Below, piece after piece: positions 51,091-64,000 of a stretch of 64,000 nt of DNA (position 1 is its first letter; every line of letters starts with the position of its first letter). The translations under genes and the position numbers were made by a program. The DNA is from Eledone cirrhosa. Its lineage: Eukaryota. Under the pieces are notes generated by a model. It was not told the DNA's origin. It did no database searches and saw only the letters and a list, made by a program, of their open reading frames with translations. The stretch lies in assembly GCA_964016885.1 (NCBI GenBank), contig OZ024752.1, positions 8,184,001 through 8,248,000 of the forward strand, read 5' to 3'.

Positions 51091-51437
51091 TGCGTCGGCT
51101 TATGCCGACTACGTGACGGTAATGGTGTCAAAAACCTCAGAAATCAGGGTAATCGGCAACCTACTACAAGAATACGAAAGGTTCACAGGAGCAAAACGGA
51201 ACCCGGACAAGTCTGTCGGTTTGCAACTCGGAACGTGGAGAGGCAAACCGATGCCATCCGACAGCATCGTCGGACGCTGGACGGAAGGACCGGTGAAATT
51301 GCTCGGGGTCTGGTTCGGTTCAGACTTCCAGGTGGAGAAAAACTGGAACGAGGTCATGGCCAAAGTATTTGTGCTCACCCAGAAGTGGGCAGAGTGCAAA
51401 CCATCTTTGAAAGGTCGAGCAGAGGTGGCGAACACTA
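51091..51437 (+). mobile_element. Tx1/L1-type internal RT fragment
   Basis: SAYADYVTVMVS..KSVGLQLGTWRGKPMPS..PVKLLGVWFG; preceded by tatctatcta. Confidence 0.9.
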
Positions 51438-51689
51438 GTGAGCTAGTACACCACGTTGATGGACACAAGTGAATGTAGTAGTTATCTCAACTTTCAGTGA
51501 CATGTGACATCACATCAAAGGGAAGATAAGCTAGGTCTGACCATTTACAAGTAACATACGCTGGTGTTGATTCAAATTGAAAGAAATGACCAAGTAAGAA
51601 GCACTCGGTGCTTTCATAGAGAAAACAAAGAGTTGCAAGTATACCTTTCTGTTTTTTTATGTCTCTCCTTTCTATATAAACACAGAGAA

Positions 51690-51785
51690 CAACTACACAA
51701 GGTCTTATTAGTTTCACACTGGTGAGAGAAGGAAAAAGAATGTCTCAATGTATCAGAAATTTGTCCTTCATCAGTAAAGAGTAAA
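51690..51785 (-). mobile_element. Solo pLTR-like end with a decayed minimal hammerhead
   Basis: Minus strand CTGATGA-a-ggac-aaat-ttct-GATA-cat; tail gtcttattagttt shared with ~790-872 and ~20785. Confidence 0.55.
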
Positions 51786-52281
51786 GTTTGAAAAAAGAGA
51801 AGGCTGGAAAGATTTATCAGCATGGACGAGGTAGGCAAGTGGGGGGGGGGGGGGTCTGTAGTCTGGCATGCTAGGGAGGAGAGATACAGAGTGGTGGGTG
51901 AGTGTTCTGGTCGATCATTAAAACAGAGATGTGTGTGCAGAAGAAGTACATTATGTAAGTGTGCATGTTGTTTTTATTTTTGTTTGTGTGTATGTATATG
52001 TGTGTCAAAATGACGTATATTTTATTTATGATGGTGTATGTGTACACATATGCATGTATGTGTGTGTAAGTATATATACATGTATGTATATATGTATGTA
52101 TGCATGTAAATATATATGTGGTTGGCTTTTTTTGTGGGGGGGAGGACCTCCCCAGGCCAGTTTTGTTGTGTTTTGGGGTAGGTTGTTGGGGCTCACAAGG
52201 GAGCAGGCGAAGGCTTCAACAACATCACCATTGTCTGTTCAATTTGGATTGCCTAGGGAACGTAACCTTTTTATATAAGAA

Positions 52282-52356
52282 GCTGTCTGATGAGATCATG
52301 GCACTGGGTACGTGGAATTGCATGGCCACAGTCGTCATTGAAATATGTATCACAGC
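52282..52356 (+). ncRNA. Type I hammerhead ribozyme motif with a long helix II
   Basis: Helix I gctgt/acagc; CTGATGA 52287-52293; GAAA 52340-52343; self-complementary ATATGTAT; predicted AUC cut after 52351; AATAAA then (TA)n downstream. Confidence 0.8.
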
Positions 52357-52403
52357 ATTATCAATAAAGGACTTTAACATCTGAAACTACTTCGCATTTT
52401 CTT

Positions 52404-52461
<58 letters not shown>

Positions 52462-52744
52462 GACATGGTTTAGAGAAGTTGTCACAAAACAAGGTAGTAC
52501 TTAATCAGAGTTCCCTCCCTTGGGTTGAGGGCCACATCGGGCTTACATGTTTCAGTTTTGACATAATTCCTCCAGCTCGATGACTTATCTAATACCAACC
52601 ACTTTACAGAGTGTACTGGGTGTATTTCATCATGAAACCAGCTCTAGGGAGGTTGCCAGTCATTGATGTGAGTTAGGAGCCCGCTTTACTCTATGGGTTG
52701 GGTGGGGTCGAGGGGAGGGGGGGGGGGGGGAGTATGGACAACAT

Positions 52745-52931
52745 GTTTTGTGGAATTGAGTTACGGCCCTTTACGTTCTGAGTTCAAAACCTGTCGAGGT
52801 TAACTTTGCCTTTCATCCTTCACAGTAAAATAAAGTACCAGTCACGCACTGGGGTCGATTTAATCGACTTTCCCCTCCCCCAAATTGCTGGCCTTGTACC
52901 TATATAAGAAACCATTATTATTATTATTATT
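52745..52931 (+). mobile_element. SINE family 1 ending in (ATT)n
   Basis: gagttcaaaacc, core motif, gaaaccattattatt tail. Confidence 0.85.
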
Positions 52932-55900
52932 AAGACGTGGGAACCCCGAATGTAAAACCCACATCGAGACTTTTAAAGGGGTTCCCAAAAGAAACCCCAC
53001 CAACCATGGAGGTCGAACAACCTGACCTTCACAAGACCCCGGGAGGTAAGTAAACTTTCCCTCTCTCTTTTAGCTTGCCAACATGGCCATATTAAGAGTA
53101 GGAAGTTTAAATGTTCGCGGCCTGGGGTCACTCTGGAAGCAGGGTCGCCTGCTCAACGACCTCAGGTCGCTGGAAATGGATGTGATTGCCGTCAGCGAGA
53201 CCAGAATTTCCGACACGCGCGCACTAGCTCCCATTTTCGACGACTATCAGATCTTCACATCTGTTAGCAGGCCGGGAATGGTAGGTGGGGTGGCAGTGCT
53301 GTTTAGGAAAGGACTGGATCTCGAGGTAAGGTCGATCTTCCGGGACCCGGACGGTAAGTTGGTGGTCTTGGATGTGAGCAGTAGCGAAGGTAGTGCCTTT
53401 AGACTGCTGGCCGTCTACGCCCCTAGAGGGGCCGGACGAGTGGACTTCTTTAGGTGCCTGGAGACCTTTCTGGGTACGTCTCACCCTTTACTGTTAGCGG
53501 GGGACTGGAATGGCATCTTAGACGCACGCTGGGATTATGTGGGAGTAGCTGATAGGAGCGGGGGATGCAAAAGCCTCAAGCACCTACTCAGCCAGTTCCA
53601 ACTGTCTGACAGGTATCGACTAGATTTCCCCAATGTGCCAGTAAGGACATGGACCATCCGAATGGGGTCATCTAGATCGTATAGGATCGGACAGGATCTT
53701 CATTAGGAAAATAGATAGAAATAGTGTAGGCTGCCCACTTTTTAAAACGGTCGCCTATTCAGATCACAAATTTGTGATCTGTATGGTCGACCTAGATAAA
53801 ACGCGTAGGTTGGGACCGGGTTACTGGAAGCTGAACATGTCATTTCCGGCACGTAAGGCTTACAGGGACCGAGTCAACAATTTAGTTAAGCAAAAGTTAA
53901 CATGGGGGGTCATCAACAACAGATGGTGGGAGGCTCTCAAAAGAGAGATGAGAGTAACTTCGATAGAGTTCAGCAAAGAACTAGCGTTAGAGAAAAATAG
54001 AAAGGAGGGGGAGCTGGTAGATAAGTTAGATGAGGCTATTTGTAGTGGCATTGCAACTGACGTGCTAGCGGCGAGAATGGTATTAGACCATTTCTTTGAT
54101 GCGAAACACGAAGGTTGCATTGTCAGAGCTAAGGCGCATGCAGTGAGAAACGAGGGAACCAAAGCTGTTTGATGGACCCGTGTGGCGGAGGCGCAGCGTG
54201 GTAATAAAGCCACAATTCGGTCTTTGGCGGACCGTACGGACACGAGATAAGCGATTCCAAGTGGATGTGTGAGGCCTTTCGCCAGCACTTTGCTCGGTTG
54301 TTCGGGGAGAGTGGCGAGTCAGAGAGAGTAGCGGATTTCAGTCCCTACCTTGACAGCTTGCCGCGCATCTCGAAGGTCGACGCTGAGCGCTGCGAAAGGC
54401 CAATTACTTCAGTGAAATTCAGGACGCCCTTGTCGGCTGCATGAGGCGCAAGTCACCTGGTTTGGATGGCCTGCCCTACGGGCTTTACGTAAATATGCCA
54501 GACTTGTTCTCCGATCTCCTCGAAGCACTCTACTGCAACTGGCAGCAGAATGGGAGTATTCCCAGTTCTGTGAGCAGGGGAGTGGTGACGCTGATAAGGA
54601 AAGACGAGAACAAGAGGGATACATTAGACAACTTCAGGCCCATAACTCTGCTCAATACAGAGTTTAAGATTTTGGCCAAGGTGTTAGCAAAGAGATTGGC
54701 GCTTGTCGTTGAGGATTTGGTTAGGGAGGCGCAAACTTGCGCAATCCCAGCCAGGTCCATACACGACAATCTACACCTCATGCGATACATCATAGAGAGG
54801 GTAGGGTGTAAACCTGGCTTCGGTGGGGTACTGATCAATTTAGATCAATCGAAAGCATTCGATAGGGTCGACCATCGGTATCTGGAGTTTGTCCTCAGAG
54901 CAGCTGGCTTCGGCCCTGTCTTCAGAAGCTGGATCGCTGCAATGCACAGCGGCACACGTTCGGTGGTTAATGGCCACCTCTCGGAACCATTTCGGCTCTC
55001 CCGATCGGTCCGTCAAGGGTGCCCTCTCTCTTCCCTTCTGTACGTATTGACTCTCGGGCCTTTACTGCGAAAGCTGGAGCTGTTGCAGGGCATCCCGCTC
55101 GAACCGGGACGTGGAAAGGCGGTGTCGGCTTATGCGGACGACATTACCGTGATGGTGTCGAACACCTCAGAAATCGAGGTGGTCAGCACCTTATTGAAGG
55201 AATATGAAAGGTTGACAGGAGCCAAACTTAACCCGGAAAAGTCGGTGGGCTTGCAGCTCGGAACCTGGAGAGGCAAGCCCATGCCATCCAACAGTGTCGT
55301 GGGACGCTGGACGAACGGACCGGTAAAGTTGCTCGGGGTTTGGTTCAGACCAGACCTCCAGGTAGAAAAGAATTGGGACGAGGTAACAAGCAGGGTAGCC
55401 AGTCTCACCCAAAAATGGGCTGTGAGGAAGCTATCACTGAAAGGTCGCGCGGCGGTGGCGAATGCGTACATCGCGTCTGTCATCTACTACCGCCTGACCG
55501 TCGTGCCTTGCCCGCGCCCGTGCCTCGTCAAGTTGGAACGGCTCCTCCTCAAATTCTTGTGGAGGGGACAAGTTCCGTTGGTGAGGCGGTCCATCTGCTG
55601 CCAGCACCCTCTACGCGGAGGGCTGGGCATGCCGTGGCTAATGATGCGCAGACATGCGTTGAGGCTGCGACATCTCCAGATATTCTGCCTAAACGGTGAA
55701 CAGGTGTGGTCGCCGTTTATCAGATGGGCCTTTCTGCAGCTCATTTCTTTGACTGAACTGCAGTCCTGGGTCAAGAAGAGACCGAGACTGGGTGACTGGC
55801 ACCTGGAATGTTGCCAGGCACTCACTGCCCTCTACCAAGCAGGCAATGCGATTAGTGGAACCTCCACTCTCGAGTTCTACAGAGGATTAGTGGTGGGCAA

Positions 55901-56780
55901 GTGCGAAGATGCACTCGGAGAAGCTTTGGGCCTCGACGAAGTCGAACTGACCAGTCCGTGTCGGAGGACTTTCAAGCCGGGGATGATGGACAATTTCCAG
56001 AAATCCCTCGCTTGGGAGTGCTACTGGGGGGCACTGCCGGTTCGGGATCAACTCTACAGGCACGGAAGTGCTGTCAGACGGACCTGCCCAAGATGCGCAC
56101 AGAACGACGAAACCGTTGTGCACACACTTGTCCAATGTCCGTGCATTACTGACTTGTGGAGTTATGTCGAACAGCTACTATCGCGTGTGGAACAAATACG
56201 GCTATCGGCCGAGTCCATAGTGAAGATCGACCCGCCGCCTTCCTTAGGTCAGGAAGAGCAGGAAATTTTCCTCTGTCTGGTGGCAATTGCGAAAGAGGTT
56301 ATATGGTGGACCAGATTAAAAGGACTGAAGACAGACACTTTTCTCTTCGGCCAATCCCTCATCAACTTCTTCAAGTTTCACCTGGAAAGGAAGGTGAGGG
56401 TGGAGAGAGAAGTGCTGCCCCCCAGTACATTTGCTAAAAGGTCGATGAATGTGGCGAGAATGGCCCATGTGAATGGGCCTACTCTGACCATGCGCCTATA
56501 GGCTAGCTAACTTGAGGAGAGGGGTGCTCTTCCTGGGTGCCTTAGAAGCGCAGGGTGGTTCAGGATTGGTGGGGTACCCGAGTCACCCCAGGGTCGTCCA
56601 CCCCCTATCGGGGAATTTATTTTCTTATATTTATGCATAGTTTATTTTATATTATTTATATCTTCATTGTTAAATTAGTCTTGCCATTGTGCACTTTTAC
56701 TCGACCTTATTGTAAACCCCCCCCACTGTCCCTGTCTGTATTGTCCCCTACATGTCGGCCCTTGTGACTAATAAATGAAA

Positions 56781-56823
<43 letters not shown>

Positions 56824-56827
56824 TATT
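52932..56827 (+). mobile_element. Tx1/L1-type LINE with a full-length but disrupted ORF2 (APE-RT-zinc knuckle)
   Basis: SLNVRGL, SET, YAP, GDWN (53083-53706); SDHK; 686-aa frame 54441-56501 with DQSKAFDRV, RQGCPLS, YADD, CPRC..H....C; AATAAA plus (ATT)n. Confidence 0.96.
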
Positions 56828-57085
56828 CAACACCCTCCCCCTACCACTTTTCTTCTACATTTTTAAAAAATATCAATTTTATATGACTTAATGCATGAAA
56901 CCTTAGTAAAAAGAGAGGCCCCTTCTTACCCTGTACTCCACTGTAATCTTAGCCATTGCTCTTACATTCAATAATAGATATATAAAAATATAAATATTTA
57001 TCTTTTTACATTAAATTGATATTTGATGTTTTTCTTAGATTCTCAAAATATTTTTTTTGTTTGTGAAATGTAAGACGGGGGTGAG

Positions 57086-57593
57086 TTGGTGGTGGTGGTG
57101 GTGGTGGTGGTGGTGGTGGTGGTGTAGTGGTGGTGGTGGTGGTGGTGTAGTGGTGGTGGTGGTGGTGGTGGTGGTGGTGATGGTGGTGGTGGTAGTGGTG
57201 TAGTGGTGGTGGTGGTAGTGGTGGTGGTGGTGGTGGTGGTAGTGGTGGTGTAGTGGTAGTGGTGCTGGTGTAGTGGTGGTGGTAGTGGTGGTGGTGTAGT
57301 GGTGGTGGTCGTGGTGGTGGTAGTGGTGTAGTGGTGGTGGTAGTGGTGTAGTGGTGGTGGTGGTAGTGGTGGTGGTGGTAGTGGTGGTGGTGGTGTGGTG
57401 GTGGTGGTGGTGGTGGTGGTCGTGTAGTGGTGGTGTAGTGGTGGTGGTGGTGGTAGTGGTGTAGTGGTGGTGGTGGTGATAGTGGTGGTGGTGGTGAGTG
57501 GGGGGGCGGGCATGTAGTGATTTTGTGGGGGTGATGGTGGTGGTGGTGGTGAATGTGGGGAGTGAAGGTGGGGGTGGCAGAATTAATGCTTCT

Positions 57594-57625
<32 letters not shown>

Positions 57626-57632
57626 AAGAAGA
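57086..57632. repeat. (TGG/TAG)n and (AAG)n microsatellites
   Basis: Direct reading. Confidence 0.97.
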
Positions 57633-57728
57633 AAACAGTAAGACATGTGTATGTGTTATAAATGTGTTGTATGTGTTATTATATATATATATATGTCTCT
57701 GTATATATATATGTGTGTGTGTGTGTTA

Positions 57729-57766
<38 letters not shown>

Positions 57767-57790
57767 GTGTGTGTGTTATAATATGTATAT

Positions 57791-57833
<43 letters not shown>

Positions 57834-58017
57834 TGCAATGAAATATCTATGATCGTTGGCAAATCACTGATGAGGGACTCATTTTATAACATGTTATCCA
57901 TGTGCAACCTGCAGTATTCTTCTCCCCATTTTTTCATATATATATATGTATATATATAGACATGTATATATATATATATATATATTTATTATAACACACA
58001 CATATATATACACAGAC

Positions 58018-58331
58018 ATCATCATCATCATCATCATCATCATCGTTTAACGTCCGTGTTCCATGCTTGCATGGGTTTGGACGGGAGTTTTCCCACTTGA
58101 GGCAAGAGTGGTTGTCTTGCTCGCATAGGACTGTCTGGCGGGTTTTCTACAGTTGGATGCCCTTCCTAACACCAACCACATTTACAGTGTGGGTCTGGGA
58201 GGTTTTTACCATGTTGCCTACACGGCCACATTACAGCGTGGACTGTCTGGCAGGTTTTCTACAGCTGGATGCCCTTCCTAACACCAACCACATTTACAGT
58301 GTGGGACTGGGACGTTTTTACCGTGTTGCCT

Positions 58332-58333
<2 letters not shown>
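58018..58333 (-). mobile_element. RTE 3'UTR copy with an internal duplication
   Basis: Reverse complement of 48590-48809. Confidence 0.9.
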
Positions 58334-58376
<43 letters not shown>

Positions 58377-58410
58377 AAGAAATTAAAAGATGATTAGAAA
58401 AGTTCCATGT

Positions 58411-58478
58411 ATTTTATTATGCGCATTTCAAAAACAAATATCATCCTGGGTCGATATTTGTGTTCTCATCAGATAAAA
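58411..58478 (-). ncRNA. Type I hammerhead ribozyme motif inside an 87-bp-arm palindrome (58374-58567)
   Basis: Minus strand: ttttat-CTGATGA-gaacacaaatatc..gatatttgttttt-GAAA-tgcgca-TA-ataaaa; palindromic ATGCGCAT helix III. Confidence 0.8.
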
Positions 58479-58566
58479 CGCAAATATCGTCCCTGGATGA
58501 TATTTGCTTTTGAAATGTGCATAATAAAATACAAGGAACTTTTCTAACCATCTTTTAATTTCTTCT

Positions 58567-58641
<75 letters not shown>

Positions 58642-58762
58642 GAGAGGTATAGAAATTGTTTTAGCGAGAAGCTAATAGTATTCTATATATATATATATAT
58701 ATGTGTGTGTGTTATAATATATATATATATATATATATATGTTCTATTATGTGTGTGTTGTA

Positions 58763-58814
<52 letters not shown>

Positions 58815-58818
<4 letters not shown>

Positions 58819-59075
58819 TGTTGTTTCCTTGAGCAAGACACTTTATTTCACGTTGCTCCAGTTTACTCAGCTGTAGAAATGAGATGATAGAGACTGGGGT
58901 CCCTATCATTCCACTGTAAAGTGGTCGTGGAGGTGCCACGGCAAAAAAGCACCCAGCACTCACTGTAAATGAGGTTGGTGTTAGGAAGGGCATCCAGCTG
59001 TAGAAATCAAGCCAGAATCAGTTTCCGTCCCACCCTTGCAAGCAGGGAAAAAGAGGACGTAAAATGAAATGATGA
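58815..59075 (+). mobile_element. SINE family 2 / RTE-tail composite
   Basis: Homolog of 13728-14025. Confidence 0.8.
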
Positions 59076-59081
59076 TATGCA

Positions 59082-59135
<54 letters not shown>

Positions 59136-59161
59136 TGTGTATATATATATATATATATACA

Positions 59162-59205
<44 letters not shown>

Positions 59206-59241
59206 CTATTATGTGTGTGTTGTAATATATTTATATATACA

Positions 59242-59283
<42 letters not shown>

Positions 59284-59329
59284 TGTGTATATATATATAT
59301 ATACATGTCTATATATATATATATATAGC

Positions 59330-59638
59330 CTCTTTCAATGTAAAGTTATGTTGGTCCCACAACATCCAGGTCGAAACAAATGAGATCGTGTAGGTGTCAC
59401 GACAAAAAAACACACAGTCCACGCTGTAAATGTGGCCGTGTAGGCAACACGGTAAAAACCTCCCAGCCCCACACTGTAAATGTGGTTGGTGTTAGGAAGG
59501 GCATCCAGCTGTAGAAAACCCGCCAGACAGTCCTATGCGAGCAAGACAACCACTCTTGCCTCAAGTGGGAAAACCCCCGTCCAAACCCATGCAAGCGTGG
59601 AACACGGACGGTAAACCTGATGATGATGATGATGATGA
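59330..59638 (+). mobile_element. RTE 3'UTR copy
   Basis: Near-identical to 48512-48809. Confidence 0.9.
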
Positions 59639-60117
59639 TATGTTCTATTATGTGTGTGTTGTAATATATATATATATACCTGTATATATATATATATCTA
59701 TATCTATATATATATATATGTCTGTGTATATATATATATATATATATGTTCTATTATGTGTGTGTTGTAATATATTTATTAAGGTCTTTTTTCTACGCGC
59801 TCATATATTCACCCAGCTTATGCTGACAGAATAACTATGTAGCTTGTGCCCTTCCTATCTACGGTTAGCTTTCCTCTTTGTTGTTTACTTGTCTCACTCG
59901 CTTTACGCATTTTAATTGTCCTAATAACTTATTTTAGTTATTATTGCACCAACGTGAGGTATATGATTTTTAATGCAATGAAATATCTATGATCGTTGGC
60001 AAATCACTGATGAGGGACTCATTTTATAACATGTTATCCATGTGCAACCTGCAGTATTCTTCTCCCCATTTTTTCACATACATGTATATATATAGATATA
60101 TATATATATATATATAT

Positions 60118-60651
60118 GACCTTTGGCGGTACTCAGTAATAGAGAAGACCCGCCTACCTAAATACAAAGTAAAAACCTACTACAGTCAGTAGGCACCTCT
60201 ATCAAAACACACCCCCGTCCCTCCACACCGCCCCTTTCAATGTAAAGTTATGTTGGTCCCACAACATCCAGGCCGAAACAAATGAGATCGTGTAGGTGTC
60301 ACGACAAAAAACACACAGTCCACGCTGTAAATGTGGCCGTGTAGGCAACACGGTAAAAACCTCCCAGCCCCACACTGTAAATGTGGTTGGTGTTAGGAAG
60401 GGCATCCAGCTGTAGAAAACCCGCCAGACAGTCCACGCTGTAATGTGGCCGTGTAGGCAACACAGTAAAAACCTCCCAGCCCCACACTGTAAATGTGGTT
60501 GGTGTTAGGAAGGGCATCCAACTGTAGAAAACCCGCCAGACAGTCCTATGCGAGCAAGACAACCACTCTTGCCTCAAGTGGGAAAACCCCCGTCCAAACC
60601 CATGCAAGCGTGGAACACGGACGCTAAACCTGATGATGATGATGATGATGA
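60118..60651 (+). mobile_element. RTE 3' end plus UTR with an internal duplication
   Basis: DLWRYSVIEKTRL matches 48376-48419; UTR block repeated. Confidence 0.9.
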
Positions 60652-60681
60652 TATATATATAGATATATATGTCTGTGATTG

Positions 60682-60747
<66 letters not shown>

Positions 60748-61149
60748 TATAGATATATATGTCTGTGTATATATATATATATATATATACATGTATATAT
60801 ATATATGTCTGTATATATGTAAATATATATATGTGTGTGTGTGTGTTATATACAACAGATGTGTTTATTATATTCCGCGTGACTGTTTACTCTATAAAAT
60901 ACGTGAAGTCAATATATTGGAGGAGGTAGATGGCAGCAGGAAGACATAGACTAATCTTTATAATACAACATTGGCCAGAATGGAGCAACAAGTTGCTTCT
61001 ATTTGCCTAAATCAACAGATAATTACTGGGAAGAAGGGAATAATGGCAGCTAACGCTAACGAGTTTAACATTTAGTAAATCTCCAGAAAATATCACATTT
61101 GACTTTAGAAGTTGTCTTAGCATTCTAGTGTCAGATATAAACAGGAATA

Positions 61150-61897
61150 CATGTCATCACTGGCATCATCAGTGTAATGAGTGTCATTGTAATCATCACC
61201 GCCATCGTCACCATCCTCATCACCAACACCACCACCATCATCACTGTCATTATAATCAGCGTCATTGTCACCATCATCATCACCAACACTACCATCATCA
61301 TCGTCATTGTAATCATCATCATCATCATCACCAACACTACCATCATCATCGTCATTGTAATCATCATCATCATCGTCATTGTAATCATCATCATCATCAT
61401 CACCAACACTACCATCATCATCGTCATTGTAATCATCATCATCATCATCACCAACACTACCATCATCATCGTCATTGTAATCATCACCGTCGTCATCATC
61501 AACATCATCACCATCATCATCACCAACACCATCATCATCACCAACAACATCACCATCATCATCATTGTCACTGTAATCATCACCGTCGTCGTCATCATCC
61601 ACACCATAATCATCATCAACATTGTCACCACCACAACCATCATCGTTAACATCATAATCTCCATCATCACCATCATCATCATCATCATCACCAACACCAA
61701 CATCATCACCATCATCACCAGTGTCATTGTAATCATCACCGACATCAACATCCACATCATAATCGTCATCATCACCGACATCAACATTGTCATCATCATC
61801 ATCATCATTGTAATCACCAGCATCACCATTACCAACATCATCATCATTAACATCATAATAATCATAATCACCATCATCCTCAACAACAACAACAACA
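61150..61897. repeat. (CAT/CAC)n compound microsatellite
   Basis: Direct reading; internal ~48-bp higher-order repeats. Confidence 0.95.
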
Positions 61898-61987
61898 CCG
61901 TTTTTGCCCATTTCCCGCATGGGTTTGATGGGTTTGTGAACGTGGAAAATCGGACGTAAAAACAATGATGATGATGATATATATAAG

Positions 61988-62046
<59 letters not shown>

Positions 62047-62062
62047 TATATATATATATAGA

Positions 62063-62458
62063 TACCTAAGTACAAAGTGAAACCTACTACAGTCAGTAGG
62101 CACCTCTAACAAAATACACCCCCGTCCCACTACCCCCACTCCATCCACACCACCCCTTTCAATGTAAAGTTATGTTGGTACTACAACATCCAGCCCGAAA
62201 CAAATGAGGTCGTGTAGGTGTCACGACAAAAAAACACACAGTCCACGCTGTAATGTGGCCGTGTAGGTAACACTGTAAAAACCTCCCAGCCCTACACTGT
62301 AAACGTGGTTGGTGTTAGGAAGGGCATCCAGCCGTAGAAGACCCGCCAGACAGTCCTATGCGAGCAAGACAACCACTCTTGCCTCAAGTGGGAAAACTCC
62401 CGTCCAAACCCATGCAAGCGTGGAATATGGGCGTTAAACGATGATGATGATGATGATG

Positions 62459-62459
<1 letters not shown>
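62063..62459 (+). mobile_element. RTE 3'UTR copy
   Basis: Near-identical to 48413-48809. Confidence 0.9.
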
Positions 62460-62522
<63 letters not shown>

Positions 62523-62540
62523 ACATATATATATATATAT

Positions 62541-62732
62541 ATAGGAAAATGTTTGACCATGCAGGCAGAGCGCAAGCTGTTTTGACGGCTATTTCTGGAC
62601 TAGAAATAGCCGTCGAAAAGGCTTGAGCTCTGCCGTCGCGGTCAAACATTTTCCTATTACCCACTCTACTACCCTAAGTATTGAGTACTCTGGAGCATTA
62701 TGGTCCATCTGGTTCCTTACCACAATTCCTTC

Positions 62733-62736
<4 letters not shown>
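62541..62736 (+). mobile_element. Family A copy with a 5' fold-back at helix II
   Basis: Arms 62541-62596 / 62602-62657 around ggact; GAAA..gccgTC; TA-flanked. Confidence 0.8.
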
Positions 62737-62780
<44 letters not shown>

Positions 62781-62869
62781 CGTAGAAGATGACGATGATG
62801 ATGATGATAGATATATTGTGACTATTGTCAGGTCAGGCTTCTACCTGCTACAAGTACCATTTCACCCAG

Positions 62870-64000
62870 TACAGGTAAACCACACTACACAGTAATCCCA
62901 GGTAAATTACACTACACCCTAATCCCAGGTAAACCACACTACACCATAATCCCAGGTAAACCACACTACACCATAATCCCAGGTAAACCACACTACACCA
63001 TAATCCCAGGTAAACCACACTACACAGTAATCCCAGGTAAATCACACTACACCCTAATCCCAGGTAAACCACACTACACCATAATCCCAGGTAAACCACA
63101 CTACACCATAATCCCAGGTAAACCACACTACACCATAATCCCAGGTAAACCACACTACACCATAATCCCAGGTAAACCACACTACACCATAATCCCAGGT
63201 AAACCACACTACACAGTAATCCCAGATAAACCACACTACACAGTAATCCCAGGTAAATCACACTACACCCTAATCCCAGGTAAATCACACTACACCCTAA
63301 TCCCAGGTAAATCACACTACACCCTAATCCCAGGTAAACCACACTACACCATAATCCCAGGTAAACCACACTACACCATAATCCCAGGTAAACCACACTA
63401 CACCATAATCCCAGATAAACCACACTACACAGTAATCCCAGGTAAACCACACTACACCATAATCCCAGATAAACCACACTACACCATAATCCCAGGTAAA
63501 CCACACTACACAGTAATCCCAGGTAAACCACACTACACCATAATCCCAGGTAAACCACACTACACAGTAATCCCAGGTAAATCACACTACACCATAATCC
63601 CAGGTAAATCACACTACACCATAATCCCAGGTAAACCACACTACACAGTAATCCCAGGTAAACCACACTACACCATAATCCCAGGTAAACCACACTACAC
63701 AGTAATCCCAGGTAAATCACACTACACCATAATCCCAGGTAAACCACACTACACAGTAATCCCAGGTAAACCACACTACACAGTAATCCCAGGTAAACCA
63801 CACTACACAGTAATCCCAGGTAAACCACACTACACAGTAATCCCAGGTAAACCACACTACACAGTAATCCCAGGTAAATCACACTACACCATAATCCCAG
63901 GTAAATCACACTACACCATAATCCCAGGTAAACCACACTACACAGTAATCCCAGGTAAATCACACTACACCATAATCCCAGGTAAACCACACTACACAGT
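62870..64000. repeat. 27-bp satellite running off the window end
   Basis: cccaggtaaaccacactacaccataat. Confidence 0.97.

Noticed and set aside
54441-56501. Active LINE ORF2
   Set aside because: The upstream APE and linker are separated by frameshifts and a stop (~53700, 54170, ~54410); ORF1 is mostly missing.
57035-57646. His/Thr/Pro-rich ORFs
   Set aside because: (TGG)n microsatellite.
59606-59640. CTGATGA as a hammerhead core (also at 60630)
   Set aside because: It is the start of the RTE (ATG)n tail; no GAAA or helices follow.
61117-62148. Asp-rich acidic (biomineralisation-like) protein
   Set aside because: (CAT)n compound microsatellite; the ORF starts in RTE UTR and TA repeat, and several frames are open.
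62848-63990. 380-aa hydrophobic ORF, or a telomeric array from occasional CCCTAA
   Set aside because: 27-bp satellite; CCCTAA appears only singly in a few variant units.

Overview
Eukaryotic, AT-rich, repeat-saturated non-coding window. The SINE and LINE families look molluscan, probably octopus/cephalopod (inference only). No host protein-coding exon, rRNA/tRNA gene or CRISPR array can be supported; every long ORF is either a transposon relic or a read-through of a tandem repeat. Content: (i) four Tx1/L1-type LINE pieces, three of them in or next to (GATA)n-type microsatellite (two with target-site duplications) and one in a SINE (ATT)n tail; (ii) a 5'-truncated Penelope element (RT + GIY-YIG, inverted pLTR); (iii) many RTE fragments and RTE 3'UTR copies, CR1 and CRE-type 3' fragments, a mariner pseudogene, piggyBac/hAT/pogo-type MITEs and tRNA-derived SINEs; (iv) more than a dozen tandem arrays, several visibly born from internal segments of these elements. 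The most interesting hidden layer is about 20 full, half or decayed type I hammerhead-ribozyme motifs from several unrelated short families. They sit between (TA)n tracts, often as fold-back palindromes that turn at the ribozyme helices, and include U3-A8 and CAGUUGA core variants. All RNA structures were paired by eye; none has been tested.
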